This document shows, one piece after another, positions 36,307 to 50,030 of a stretch of 64,000 nucleotides of DNA (position 1 is the stretch's first letter; each line of letters opens with the position of its first letter). The position numbers and the translations under genes are program-made. The DNA lies in the NCBI RefSeq assembly GCF_030028105.1, contig NC_092376.1, forward strand, positions 178,722,080 to 178,786,079, written 5' to 3'. The notes below the pieces were generated by a model that did not search any database, was not told where the DNA came from, and saw nothing but the letters and a program-made list of their open reading frames with translations. The DNA is from Mobula birostris (taxonomy: Eukaryota).

Positions 36307-39300
36307 ATTACGGGGAACTACAATATAACGTATGATTATTTCATGTGTGTTTATTTTTGTTTATATCCTGAGATGTGGGATACTGGGGTAAAGTACTTCA
36401 GAACATGTTCCTTTCCCTGCAATTGTTTTTGTAATGTTCTGTTGACGGAGAGTATAGTTGTTATGATGGTCAAAGATAAAATTTACATCAACCGGAATCG
36501 ACCCGTCTGAGCGTGGCATCTGTAACCTCTGGAGAAACTTACCAGCTGTCACTGAATGGCATTTTCAAATTTGTTGCTATTCAGTCGGTAGCTTGAAAAG
36601 GAAAATAACGCATGGATTCGTATGTGTACTTGATGTTGTGATATTTTGAAAATTCAGATTAAAAATACATTGACACATTGAACTGTCTTCTAGTTGAGGT
36701 ACTAGCAATTCACAGAATAAATCCGGAGGCAAATGTGCAGATGTTTTTATTTGAGAGACCAAAAATATACTGCAGACCCTTACCCTGTCAGTCTTCATCT
36801 GTGAAAAAGCAGTTGTTTTCTTAGTTTCACATCCGTGCTGCCTGTCAGAGCAAGTAAAATGAATAAATAACTTAGCAACACACACAAAATGCAGCCTGAC
36901 CCGCTGAGTTCCTCCAGCACATTGTGTATGTTGCTAGGATTTTCCCATCTGCAGATTTTCTTTAGTTTACAAAGAATTTAATGTTGCAATAACAGTGCAT
37001 ATGATTGAGGGATGGATGTAATAAGGGGATATCACTGATATGGACAGTCCATGGGTGACACCGTAATAGTTTTCGTGATCCCGGTACTTATTTCTGTTTG
37101 GTTTCTGTATGTCGTACTGCTAACAGCAGGGATGTAGGATATGCCAAGCAGTTGGGAGGGTTACCTATCTCTAATCTAAACTCATCCCTTCTCCTGCAAG
37201 AAGGAACAAGAACAGTGTCGCTATTTATTAATTCCTACTCAAACAGATTTCAGAGTGAAGGAGCTAACGCAATAGTCAACAAGATTTCATTCCTCACACT
37301 TTTTTATATTCCTTTAAAGCAGCTCCCCTATGTACTTTTGCATCCAACAACAACTCCGTATCTTTAATCCGGTCGAAGTGCGCAAAGCAGGCCCTTCCTC
37401 CCCTCCCTCGCTTGTCCCTGTCCAACGATCTGCTTCGCAGTGAGAAGTGATTTGCGTAGAACACTTCTATTCTACTCCTGAAGCATATTAATTTGGATAA
37501 ATCCCCGTGGCTTGATCCAGCGTTTTCCGTGATATTTTGGGAAGCTGGAGAGTACATTGCAAAGGCCTAGCGGAGATGTATCCACAGTTTATTTTTGTTA
37601 AGTCTGAGGTACAGGCAGGTGTTTTATTATGCACATATATTTAAAGAAGTTTCAAGAGCAACCCAGGGATCTGCAGGCAGGTGACAATCTCTGATAAGAA
37701 ATTTACTGGGGGGTGGGGGGCGGGTTCCTGAGGGCCAGGATCTGCTAGCATTTGCATTGGGAAAAATTTCAGGGAATAGCTTGAATTTGTGCTTGGGATA
37801 TCCTGTCGCAAAAGCTGGTTTGAGCTTTTTGAACAGGTGCTGAGGAAGACGACGAAATCAGCGTAGTAGATATTAACTGCATAAAGTTTAACAAGGCCTT
37901 TGACATGGTTGTTTACAGTTGTTTAGACTGAAAGGGTAAGTCACATGGGATCCAAGACGAGTTAGTCAGCTGGATAAAAAATGACGAAGTGGAATAATTC
38001 AGAGGTGCTAGTGGAAGGTTGTAATTTATATTGGTGGTCTGTGATCAATGGTGTGTCAAAGGTATCAGTGCTGAATTCATTCTTATTTGTTATTTATATT
38101 TACTGTTTGCATAAAAGTATTGTTTGCACGTTTAGTATGCTTGTGGAAAATATCAGAAAAGGCAGTGTACTAGAGAGTGAAGAATTATATCTAAGCTAAA
38201 TTCAACGTCTTCTAGAAAACTGTGCAAATGGTCCAAGAAAGGTAGATCAAATATAAGTTAGACAAGTGTGACCTGTTTTAATTTGTTCCAATAAACCAGG
38301 AAGTGTGTACACAGTAATTCCTGCAAATCTGAAGAGTATCATAGAACAGAAACCTAAAGGCGCAGGTATATCGTTGCAGGACCGATAAAGACAGCGGTAC
38401 ACAGTGTGGGGAAGAATTAATTTAGTCCATTTCGTTTCATAAGCCACTATTTAGATTACTGATTCGGTAATTTAGGTTACAACTGTGCGGTTCGTTGATG
38501 AGACTACACGTATAATATGGTGTGCGATTTATGTTGGCCAGCTGACGGAAAGATAGCAATAGCAGGTAATGGTAAAGAAACATTTCCCAAGGTGCTACCA
38601 GCACTGGAGGGCTTACGTTATAAGGAGTGGCTGCATAGGCTGAACTTTTTTAATCAGTAAGATAGGAGACAGAGCATTGACCTTATGACAGTGTATAAAA
38701 TCAAACTGAGACAAATAAGAGTAGCGTTGATAGAGATGTTGGTCGGCATTGACATGTTCAGCCAAAGAGCTGATCTTAGAGTTTTATTATTTATATAAGA
38801 AATTGGTCATCGCATTGTGGTGGTTCTACATTGGTGAAATAAAAGCAGATTCAGTGATTGATTGCAGCGCACAGGCTTTCAAACATGCATCCGGTAGTTA
38901 ATAACGTTAATTCGATGTCTCATTAATACTGTGACTTTTCTGAATATGGCTTCCCGCATTGTTTCAACGAGGCAAAGGCAAGACAGCAAGATTGAGGAGT
39001 AACACCTCATCTTCCAGTTGGGAAAGTTTCAAAATTTAATTTTGAATTAATTTTGTTGTTTCTTTCTAGCCGCCTGAATCAAAGCTGGCCATTCTTGCCT
39101 GTCATTATTTTCGCTTGTATTGTTTACTCTATATTTCTATGATTTATAGGTGTACATTAGAGAACAATGTCCTTCGGTCTACCACCTGAATACAGGCCTT
39201 AATGCTTATAGATACTAATTCCACCTGCCTGTTTTAACTTCATATTTCTCTATACCATACTCATTCGGGGCATGTGCAATGACGCTTGAACGGTATTAAT

Positions 39301-39822
39301 ATCCTGCCTCCACCTCCACCTCTGGCAGCTCATTTCCAATTAAAATTGTGTAGAAACATTCCCCCAAGTTCCACTTCAATTTTCTGTATAATTATAAAAC
39401 CATAATGCTAACATTGATATTTATTAGGTAGCATACAGAAATATTGCAGAATGTTTATACTTAACAAACTTGATATGGCTACAAATTGAATTGGAGCTTG
39501 TTGAAAATGAAGCTTGACGTTTGTGAGTTTGATTTTATGCATGGTGATCTTGTTTCTTAGCAGAATGGATTTTGCTTAGTAAAAGACCGAAATAATGATC
39601 AAAGGGCGGGGAATATCTCAATTTTTTTTAAATCCGCTTTCGACTCGGGCGCAACTATTAAATAAAAATCACATTCTACATTTTCAAAGCAGTGTGTTTT
39701 TCGCTTTGATAACTGAATACAGCGCAATTTCTGTTTAAACATCTTCAAATAATTTAAACATTTACGTTGTTATCACTACGCCCATTTTTGAATGCTCAAT
39801 ATATAATTAGATTTTCGTCGGT

Positions 39823-41863
39823 CACCATAGAACCATAGAACCATCGAACATTACAGCACAGAAACAGGTCTTTTGGACCTTCTTGGCTGTGCCGGACCAT
39901 TTTTCTGCCTGGTCCCACTGACCTGCACCTGGACCATATCCCTCCATATACCAGCCATCCATGTACCTGTCCAAGTTTTTCTTAACTGCTAAAAATGAGC
40001 ACACATCTACCACTTCATCTGGCAGCTCATTCCACACTCCCACCACTCTCTGTGTGAAGAAGCCCCCACTAATTTTCCCGTTAAACTTTTTCCCCTTCAC
40101 CCTTAACCAATGTCCTCTTTTTTTTTTCTCGCCGAGCTTCAGTGGAAAAAGTCTGCTTGCATTCACTCTATCTATACCCATCATAATTTTGTATGCCTCT
40201 ATCAAATCTCCACTCATTCTTCTGCCCTCCAGGGAATAAAGTCTTAACCTATTCAACCGTTCTCTGTAACTCAGTTTCTCAAGTCCCGGCAACATCCTTG
40301 TAAACCTTGTCTGCACTCTTTCAACCTTATTCATAACCTTCTGTAATTTGGTGAGCACAACTGCTCACAATGCTCCAAATTCGGCCTCACCAATGTCTTA
40401 CTACAACCTCACCATAACATTCCAACTGTTAAACTCAATACATTGATTTATAGAGGCCAATGTACCAAAAGCTCCCTTTACGACCTTTTCTCCCTGTGAC
40501 GCCACTTTTAGGAATTTTGTATCTGTCTTCCCCGATCCCTCTGTTCCACTGCTCTCCTCAGTGCCCTACCACTTACCTTGTATGTTCTACTTTGGTGTGA
40601 CTTTCCAAAGTGCAATACCTCACACTTGCCTGTATTAAATGTCATCTGCTATTTTTCCAGCTGGTCCAAATCCCTCTGCATGCTTTGAAAACGTTCCTCA
40701 CTGTCCACTACACCTCCAACCTTTGTATCATCAGCAAATTTGCTGATCCAATTTACCACATTATCATGCAGATCTTTGATATAGATGACAAATTACAATG
40801 GACCCAGCACTGATCCATATAGCACACCACTAGTCACAGGCCTCCACTCAGAGAAGCAATCCTCCACTACTACTCCCTGGCTTCTTCCATTGAGTTAATG
40901 TCTAATCCAATTTACTACCTCTCTATGTATAGCTAGCAACTAAATCTTCCTCACTAACCTCCTATGCGGGACCTTGTCAAAGGCCTTGTGGGTCCTTGTC
41001 AAAGTCCATGTAGACAAAATCCACTGCCTTCCCTACATCCACTTTCCTGGTAACATCCTCGAAATACTCTAATAGATTGGTTAAACATGACCTACCACGC
41101 ACAAAGCCATGTTAACTCTCCCAAATAAGTCCCAGTCTATCCAAATACATGTAGATCCCATCTCGTAGTACTACTTCCAATAATTTACCTACTACCGACG
41201 TCAAATTTACCGTCCTATAATTTCCCGGATTACTTTTAGAGCCTTTCTTAAACAGCGGAACACAATTAGCTATCCTCCAATCCCCCGGCATCGCATCCGT
41301 AGATACCAACATTTTAAATATATCTGCCAGGGCCCCTGAAATTTCAACATTAGTCTCCTTCAATGTCCGAAAGGATATTTCTTTTTATACTCCTCAAGCA
41401 CCTTATCTGTTCCCTGTTTCCTATACATGTCATCCATCTCTCTCTTCGTCTTTATCAGAGTTCCAGTATCCCTTGAGAACCAAGGTTCCTCTTTCTTATT
41501 CACTTTGCCTTTAATCCTGACAGGAACATACAAACTCTGCACTCTCAAAAATTATCCTTTGAAGGCCTCCCACTTACCAATCACATCCTTGCCACAGAAC
41601 AACCTGTCCCAATCTATGCTTTTTAGATCCTTTCTCATTTCTTCAAATTTGGCCTTTTCCAGTTTCGAACCTCAACCCGAGGACCAGATCTATCTTTATC
41701 CATGATCAAGTTGAAACTAATGGTGTTATGGTCACTGGAACCAATGTGTTCCCTTACACACACTTCCGTAACCTGTCCTAATTCATTTCTTAATAGGAGA
41801 TCTAATATTGCATCTCCTCTAGCTGGTACCTCGATATATTACCATAGAAAACTTTCCTGAACT
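39823..41863 (-). mobile_element. CR1 LINE, unit 3 copy (internal deletion near 41370)
   Basis: Same motifs. Lacks the segment equivalent to about 2410-2785. Confidence 0.92.
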
Positions 41864-44462
41864 TTCATGTGAGAATCAAAACACTTGTGGTCTACAATTT
41901 AACTGGTTGTTACGTCAAAGAAATCGTTGAAGGCTGTTAGAGCTCCGGCAAATTTTCGGATTTGACGTGGCGAGCTTAAACACGCATGTTTAATGCTGGA
42001 GGATATAAATTTCCTGTTTTTGGAATTGTATGTATCTGAGGAAATTGATTAATCTCAGTTAAGGGAGTCCATTTAAAAAAAAAAACCTTTGTTGTGTTGT
42101 TGAAGACATGGATAAAACCAGCTCTGATTTTCCGAATGGCATTCATTGCAAACTGTCATTTTATACAGCAGACTTCATTAAAAGAGATTTACATTTGTTA
42201 AGAAAATACTTTGAAGAGAAAAGTTACGCAGAGAAATGCGTAATACATACCCGCCCGTCATTGGACTATGGGGGTTCCCTCAACAGTGTATTTCTCTTTG
42301 AAGCAGGAAATTATTTAAGGTGCAGAAAATAACTAACATACGTTGTTGAATGTGTACATCTAATGAAGTAAGAGAAGCCTAAAGCTATTTGCATCAAATT
42401 TGAATTTCTCGGTCTATTATCACTTGGAAAATATTGACCATATTTAGCATGCTGAAATACTTACACTATTCGGAAATGAAGTAGATTTGTACGCAGTTTG
42501 GCTCAGTCCAATACCTATACTCGGAGAATTGTAGCGTTTTCTCGATTCGCAACAAATAAAACAAAATCCAGAGTTTCAAAGAAAGAGAAGAATAGTAATA
42601 ATTAAGCAAATACTTGGTACAGCGAAATTAACTTCGAGATTTAAAACTGCACCATGTGTCCAAGAACCGTAGAATAGAGGAGCCGAGAGGGGGTGTAATT
42701 CCTGAGATTTGGTTTCTCATATCCCAGCTGACGAACCAGAGAATATCAGCGGAACACTCCACTGTAGTTCGGACAATGTCTGTCTCTTCACCAAAGAATA
42801 AAAACAAGCACCTTCTTCAATATCACAAACAAGAGGAAATCTGTAGATGCTGGAAATCCGAGCAGTACAAATAAAATGCTGGAGGAACTCAGCAGGCCAG
42901 AAAGCACCTCACTACCCTACTAAGAAATACCAGGCAGGGGGAGGTGTCTGAAAGTTGGTGCTGGGCCTCAGCGGGGTGGAGTTCGGTGTGCCAGGGTGCT
43001 GCAGCCCCTCCCTTGACTGCGGCATTGGTGGCGAGGTTAAGATTAGTTCTCCTTTTCTCTAGTTCTGCTGAAGCATTTCAGCCCGAAATGTCGACCCGGT
43101 TTTTATTTCCATAAATGCTGGCTGGCCTGCTGCGTTCCTCCAGCATTTTGTGTGCGATTCTCTTCAATATGTATTGCTTTGCAGCATCCTACTGTTTGCA
43201 ATGGCTTATCGCCTCTTCCCTAATCCCTTTAAAATGATGCACAGAGATACAAATTCTCATTTTTTTCTGTCTAACGCAGATATTTATTTAACCATCAGCA
43301 TCCTTTTACTACCGGCAATCCATCAAATAAAACATGCGAACAGTTTGGAATTTCGCTATATCAAGTTGGAAATTAGATGGGCGAATTTAACGAAGGGGAG
43401 AACCGTAAACTCCTTATCCTTTAAATACAGTTTATATCTGGGACTGCGAAATTTTACTTTATCGGTCAGCAGCATGTATTTCCCGTTCTGGACCCGGCCA
43501 TTCTGTTTCTGACAAAATCTCACTGGAAAACATCTTTTGGAAAATTCGAAATATTTTCAATTGTCGGTGGTATCAATAGCGCTATTGTCCTATACTCCTA
43601 TATCAAAAAAAATATCAAGCAAATTCTCAAGAACATTCATTGAGGTTGGGTGAGACTTGAACTGGAAATCATGGGTTAAAGGTGAAAGGTGAAATTTTTG
43701 AGGAAAACATAAGAGGGATCTTCTTCACTCAAAGATTAGTGCGAGTGTGGAATTAGCTGTCAGTGGAAGTGGTGGAAGATGGTTCAAGAGAGAAATTTGG
43801 ATCGGTACACAGATGGGAGGTGTATAGGGGATTATGGTCCAGGTGCAGGTAGATAGTAATCGGTAGATTAGAGTTCGGCACGGCTCGATGTGTCGAAGGT
43901 ACCGTTCCTGTGCTGTAGTGCTCTATGATTCTAACATCTGCTCCGAATACTAAAAAAAAAATGTGCTATTGCTTGTAAAACTATTGGTAAGAGAGATAAT
44001 ACACTGTAACTGTCAAAGACGGGAAAACAGCTTCAAAATTTTTAACAGAATTCTGTTGTGCACTATGTACCAGTCTGCGTTTCTCAGGCTTCAACACTGT
44101 AAAAATAGAATCTTCTTGCTCCCAAATATAATCTGACTGGTAAGTAACGACGCCAATTTATGCACATCTGCCTTCTGAGTGAATGGTTAGACCTGTCTAA
44201 ACTCTTCTAGACACCAGCTAAAAATTTGGGCATCTGTTATTTGTCCGAAACGCGAAAGGAGATTTAAATTTAGCTGGAAGTTCTGACATTTGAGGGCAAA
44301 ATCTCATCTAAATATTGGTAATACGACCTTCGATGCTAGACGCTGTAAACAAAATTAAATCGTTAATTTTTATCAATAATTGCGTTTTATGTTTGCAAGA
44401 CTTATTTAGAATAACAGTGCAGTTTAATAGCTTAATAACTTGTATTTTTTGAAGGAGCTGAT

Positions 44463-44483
44463 TGCGTTGCTGTCTACCAATGA
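44463..44483 (+). promoter_or_regulatory. Orphan Pcdh CSE, unit 3 (core mutated CGCT>TGCT)
   Basis: tgcgtTGCTgtctaccaatga. Confidence 0.7.
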
Positions 44484-44724
44484 GACGTTGAAATGCAAAG
44501 ATGCATACGTTATCCTAGCCTACATCCAGAATAAAATGTCAGAATCGATGGAAAGACGAGCGGTGCCTGCCTTGAAATTGTTGAGGTCAGATGAGAAAAA
44601 TAATTCGCATGTTTGTTTAGGTTCTGAAACAAAATATATATCTACTTAATATAGCATATGGATGGAGGTGTTTGCCGCTTAATCTTACAGAGTTCAAGTT
44701 GTGAAAGTTAATGAATGTGGAACA

Positions 44725-44940
44725 ATCGCGTACCTACTAAGGAGTGCTTTCATTGCGAGTGCTTGCGTGAGTCCCCTGTGTGCAGCGGATCTAATTTTCT
44801 GGCAGATTCGTTATTATATTCCTGAGGAAATAGAGCAAGGTGCATTTGTTGGGATTATGGGTCAGACTTTGGGACTGAAGTATCAATTCGAAAATTTCGG
44901 TTCACGTTTGTTGGTTCTATACTTATCCCATAGTTGAAGT
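44725..44940 (+). pseudogene. Protocadherin relic, unit 3
   Basis: gaatgtggaacaATCgcgt aligns with gaatgcggaacaATGgcgt of the intact gene. Translates QIRYYIPEEIEQGAFVG. Confidence 0.85.
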
Positions 44941-46240
44941 AAGAGTTATAAAATATTAATTGTTGAACCGCATGCTGTGTACGGCTTGTCATTTCGGAGT
45001 ACTGATTTTAAACCGGGGCCACATCCCACAGCATCCACCCAAATGGCAATCTCAAGGTTTGGCCGGACAGGGGGTTTTCACCCCGTGATCATGCCACTAG
45101 GGTAAATCGAGCGTTACAATTGTATTCATACAACCCAGAATGTGTCACAAACGCAGAGATTTCTCTAGCTCTGTCCGTCAATGGAACACACCAATACCCT
45201 TTCAACAGACCGATCGTTGTAAGAAATTTAGCTTTTCCAACCTTATGTATGCAATCATCCACCCTAAGGATGGGATAAGCATTTGTTTTTGTTGCTGTCC
45301 TTACCTTCCTACAATCAGTGCAAAACCTAATACCACCATCGGGCTTAGGTACTATAACACAAGATGAGCTCCAATTTGAAGTTGAAGGGCTAATGATATA
45401 ATTTTCCAGCATATATTCAATTTCTTCCTTGCCAATTTGCATTTTCCACGTTCATACTACAGGGGTGTTGCTTAATCGTTTTGGCATCTCCAACGTCCAC
45501 ATCATGTGACGTGACGGTGGTTCGACTCGGAACATCAGGAAATAAATTTTTGTATTTCACAATTAATTCTTTCATTTGTTGTCTTTGCTGTGTTTGTAAG
45601 TGTAGCAACTTGTTATCAATATTTTGTAAAACAACCGAGTTCATTAGCCTTACTGGGACCATGTTTGGCTGATGAAAAGTTTCATTCACAGGGTCTTCAG
45701 TCTCGGCTGCAGCAGTTGGATGTATCTCACCAAAGGTCATTTTCTCATAATAAGGCTTTATCATATTGATATGACAAAGCTGTGCTTTTCGCTTATGATC
45801 AGGTGTTTTGATTATGAAATTTATTATGAAACAGATAAATAGAGCGATAGCTCAAACGAAGCGGCCAGTGGAAAGCGGCCAGAGCGTGAGTGGGCCAGTG
45901 AAGGAATGGAGCTTTGAGGCTTTGACTCGAGAGATTCTGGCAATTTTGGCAGTTGGTCTGTGCAATCAAGTCAATCAAGATTTGAATAGATCAGCTGTAA
46001 GCCGTTAATTAGACAATCAAGATTTGAATAAGCTCAGACTCAGCAGAAAGCAGCTGATTGGGCAGTCGAGGTCAGGTGACCAATCATTTTGAAAAGCTCA
46101 AACAGATAAATAAAGGGATAGCTCAAGTGAAGCAGCCAGTGGAAAGCAGCCAGAGAGTGAGTGGGCCAGTGAAGGAGTGGCGCTTTGAGGCTTTGACGAG
46201 AAGAGGCGGAGGACAAACTAGCTCGCAGTTAGTTTTTACA

Positions 46241-47153
46241 ATGTCCCCTGAGACGGTGATGTGCCTCTCATGTGAGATGTGGCAGTCTTGGGGGAACGCC
46301 CCTCTGCCGCATAGTTACATCTGCCAGAAGTGCATACGGCTGGGCGATCTGGAAGACTGTGTAAGGAATCTGGAGCAGCAGCTGGATGACCTTCGACTCA
46401 TAAGGGAGAATGAGGCAGTCATAGATGAGAGCTACAGGGAGGTAGTCACACCTAGGCTGTTGGACGCATGTCGTTGGGTGACAGTCAGAGGGGGGAAAGC
46501 GAAGGTCAGCAGAAAGGAAGTACAGAGCACCCCTGTAGCCATTCCCCTGAATAATAAGTTTACCATCCTGGATACTGTTGGCGGGGACGATCGTCCAGGT
46601 GTGAGCCACGGTGGCAGGGCCTCCGGCACTGAGTCTGACCCTGTGGTGCAGAAGGGTGGGACGGAGAAGAGGAGAGCTGTCGTCATTGGAGACTCTATAG
46701 TTAGGGGAGCAGACAGGAGATTTTGTGGACTTCAGAAGGACACCCTCATGGTTTGTTGCCTCCCGCGTGCACGACATCCTGGTACGAGAGGGAAAGCAAC
46801 CAGAAGTCGTGATACATGTTGGGACCAACGATATAGGCAGGAAGAGGGATGAGGTCCTGAACTGTGAGTTTCGGGAACTGGGCAGAAGGCTGAAGAACAG
46901 GACCTCGAGGGTGAAGTTCTCAGGATTGCTGCCAGTGCTACGTGACAGTGATGGTAAGAATTGGAGGAGATGGCAGTTGAATGCGTGGCTGAAGAGTTGG
47001 TGCAGGGAGCAGGGTTTTAGATTTTTAGATCATTGGGATCTCTTCTGGGGAAGGTGGGACCTGTGCAGATTGGATGGGTTGCACCTGAACTCGAGGGGGA
47101 ACAATATTCTTGCAGGTAGGTTTGATAGCATGGTTCGGGAGCGTTTAAACTAA
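46241..47153 (+). pseudogene. CR1 ORF1: CxxC..CxxC zinc finger, coiled coil, SGNH/GDSL esterase domain; frameshifted near 46765
   Basis: CLSC..CQKC, LEDCVRNLEQQL, VVIGDSIVR, IHVGTND, DGLHL. Confidence 0.9.
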
Positions 47154-47188
47154 TTTGCGAGGGGGATGGGACCCTGAGCGATAGAGCA

Positions 47189-50030
47189 GTGAAAGAAGGG
47201 CATGGAGTAAAGCTAGATCTGACATACAGAGAGGCTTTGAGGAAAGAGAAGCAGAATAAACTGTGTGAAGACAGTAAGGTAGAAGGGCTGAAATGTATGT
47301 ACCTCAATACAAGAAGCATCAGGAACAAAGGTGGTGAACTGAGAGCTTGGATACATACATGGAATGATGATGTAGTGGCCATTACAGAGACTTGGCTGGC
47401 ACCAGGGCAGGAATGGATTCTCAATATTCCTGGATTTCAGTGCTTTAAAATGGATAAAGAGGGCGGGAAAAGGGGAGGAGGGGTGGCATTACTGGTCAGG
47501 GATACTATTACAGCTACACAAAAGATGGGTAATGTAGCAGGTCCTCTTTTGAGTCAATATGGGTGGAGGTCAGGAACAGGAAGGGAGCAGTTACTCTACT
47601 GGAGGTATTCTATAGGCCCCCTGGTAGCAACAGAGATACAGAGGAGCAGATTGGGAGGCAGATTTTGGAAAGGTGCAAAAATAACAGGGTTGTTATCATG
47701 GGTGACTTTAACTTCCCTAATATTGATTGGCACCTGATTAGTTCCAGGGGTTTAGATGGGGCAGAATTTGTTAAGTGTGTCCAGGATGGATTCCTTCACA
47801 GTATGTGGACAGGCCGACCAGGGGGAATGCCATACTAGATCTAGTGCTAGGTAATGAACACTGTCAGGTCACAGATCTCTCAGTGGGTGAGCATTTGGGG
47901 GAGAGTGACCACCGCTCCCTGGCCTTTATAATTATCATGAAAAAGGGTAGAATCACAGATGACAGGAAATTTTTTAATTGGGGAAAGGCAAATTATGAGG
48001 CTATCAGGCTAGAACTTGCGGGTGTGAATTGGGATGATGTTTTTGCAGGGAAATGTACTGTGAAGATGTGGTCCATGTTTAGAAATCTCTTGCGGGATGT
48101 AAGAGATAAATTTGTCCCCGTGAGGAAGATAAAGAATAATAGGGTGAAGGAACCATGGGTGACAAGTGAGGTAGAAAATCTATCAGGAGGAAGAAAGCAG
48201 CATACATGAGGTTTAGGAAGCAAGGATCAGATGGGTCTATTCAGGAATATAGGAAAGCAAGAAAGGAGCTTAAGAAGGGGGCATGAGAAGGCCTTGGCGA
48301 GTAGGGTAAAGGAAAACCCCAAGGCATTCTTCAATTATGTGAAGAAAAAAGGATGACAGAAGTGAAGGGAGGACCGATTAGAGATAAAGGTGGGAAGATG
48401 TGCCTGGAGGCTGTGGAAGCGAGCGAGGTCCTCAATGAATACTTCTCTTAGGTATTCACCAATGAGAGGGAACTTGATGGTGAGGACAATGTGAGTGAGG
48501 TTGATGTTCTGGAGCATGTTGATATTAAGGGAGAGGAGGTGTTGGAGTTGTTGAAATACATTAGGACGGATAAGTCCCCGGGGCCTGACGGAATATTCCC
48601 CAGGCTGCTCCACGAGGCGAGAGAAGAGATTGCTGAGCCTCTGGCTAGGATCTTTATGTCCTCGTTGTCCACGGGAATGGTACCGGAGGATTGGAGGGAG
48701 ACGAATGTTGTTCCCTTATTCAAAAAAGGTAGTAGGGGTAGTCTGGGTAATTATAGACCAGTGAGCCTTACGTCTGTGGTGGGAAAGCTGTTGGAAAAAA
48801 TTCTTAGAGACAGGATCTATAGGCATTTAGGGAACCATGGTCTGATCAGGGACAGTCAGCATGGCTTTGTGAAGGGCAGATCGTGTCTAACAAGCCTGAT
48901 ATAGTTCTTTGAGGAGGTGACCAGGCAGATAGATGAGGGTAGTGCAGTGGACGTGATCTATATGGATTTTAGTAAGGCATTTGACAAGGTTCCACACGGT
49001 AGGCTTATTCAGAAAGTTAGAATGCATGGGATCCAGGGAAGTTTAGCCAGGTGGATTCAGAATTGGCTTGCCTGCAGAAGGCAGAGGGTGGTGGTGGAGG
49101 GAGTACATTCAGATTGGAGGATTGTGACTAGTGGTGTCCCACAAGGATCTGTTCTGGGACCTCTACTTTTCGTGATTTTTATTAACGACCTGGATGTGGG
49201 GGTAGAAGGGTGGGTTGGCAAGTTTGAAGACGACACAAAGGTTGGTGGTGTTGTAGATAGTGTAGAGGATTGTCAAAGATGGCAGAGAGACATTGATAGG
49301 ATGCAGAAGTGGGCTGAGAAGTGGCAGATGGAGTTAAACCCGGAGAAGTGTGAGGTGGTAGACTTTGGAAGGACAAACTCCAAGGCAGAGTACAAAGTAA
49401 ATGGCAGGATACTTGGTAGTGTTAGAGGAGCAGAGGGATCTCGGGGTACATGTCAACAGATCCCTGAGAATTGCCTCACAGGTGGATAGGGTAGTTAAGA
49501 AAGCTTATGGGGTGTTAGCTTTCATAAGTCGAGGGATAGAGTTTGAGTCGCGATGTAATGATGCAGCTCTATAAAACTTTGGTTAGGCCACACTTGGAGT
49601 ATTGTGTCCAGTTCTGGTCACCTCACCATAGGAAGGATGTGAAAGCATTGGAAAGGGTACAGAGGAGATTTACCAGGATGCTGCCTGGTTTTGAAAGTAT
49701 GCATTATGATCAGAGATTAAGGAAGCTAGGGCTTTACTCTTTGGAGAGAAGGAGGATGAGAGGAGACATGATAGAGGTATACAAGATAATAAGAGGAATA
49801 GATAGTGGATAGCCAGCGCCTCTTCCCCAGGGCACCACTGCTCAATACAAGAGGACATGGCTTTAAGGTAAGGGGTGGGAAGTTCAAGGGGGATATTAGA
49901 GGAAGGTTTTTTACTCAGAGTGGTTGGTGCGTGGAATGCACTGTCTGAGTCAGTGGTGGAGGCAGATGCACTAGTGAAGTTTAAGAGACTACTAGACAGG
50001 TATATGGAGGAAGAGCTTATATGGGAGGTA
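47189..50030 (+). pseudogene. CR1 ORF2: APE endonuclease plus reverse transcriptase, multiple frameshifts and stops
   Basis: YLNTRSI..VAITETWL, IMGDFN, SDH, NYRPVSLTS, DFSKAFD, GVPQGSVLGP, KFEDDT. Confidence 0.92.

Larger units (their letters stand above)
19712..39011. repeat. Tandem segmental duplication unit 2
   Basis: Collinear high-identity copy of 1-19711. Confidence 0.95.
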
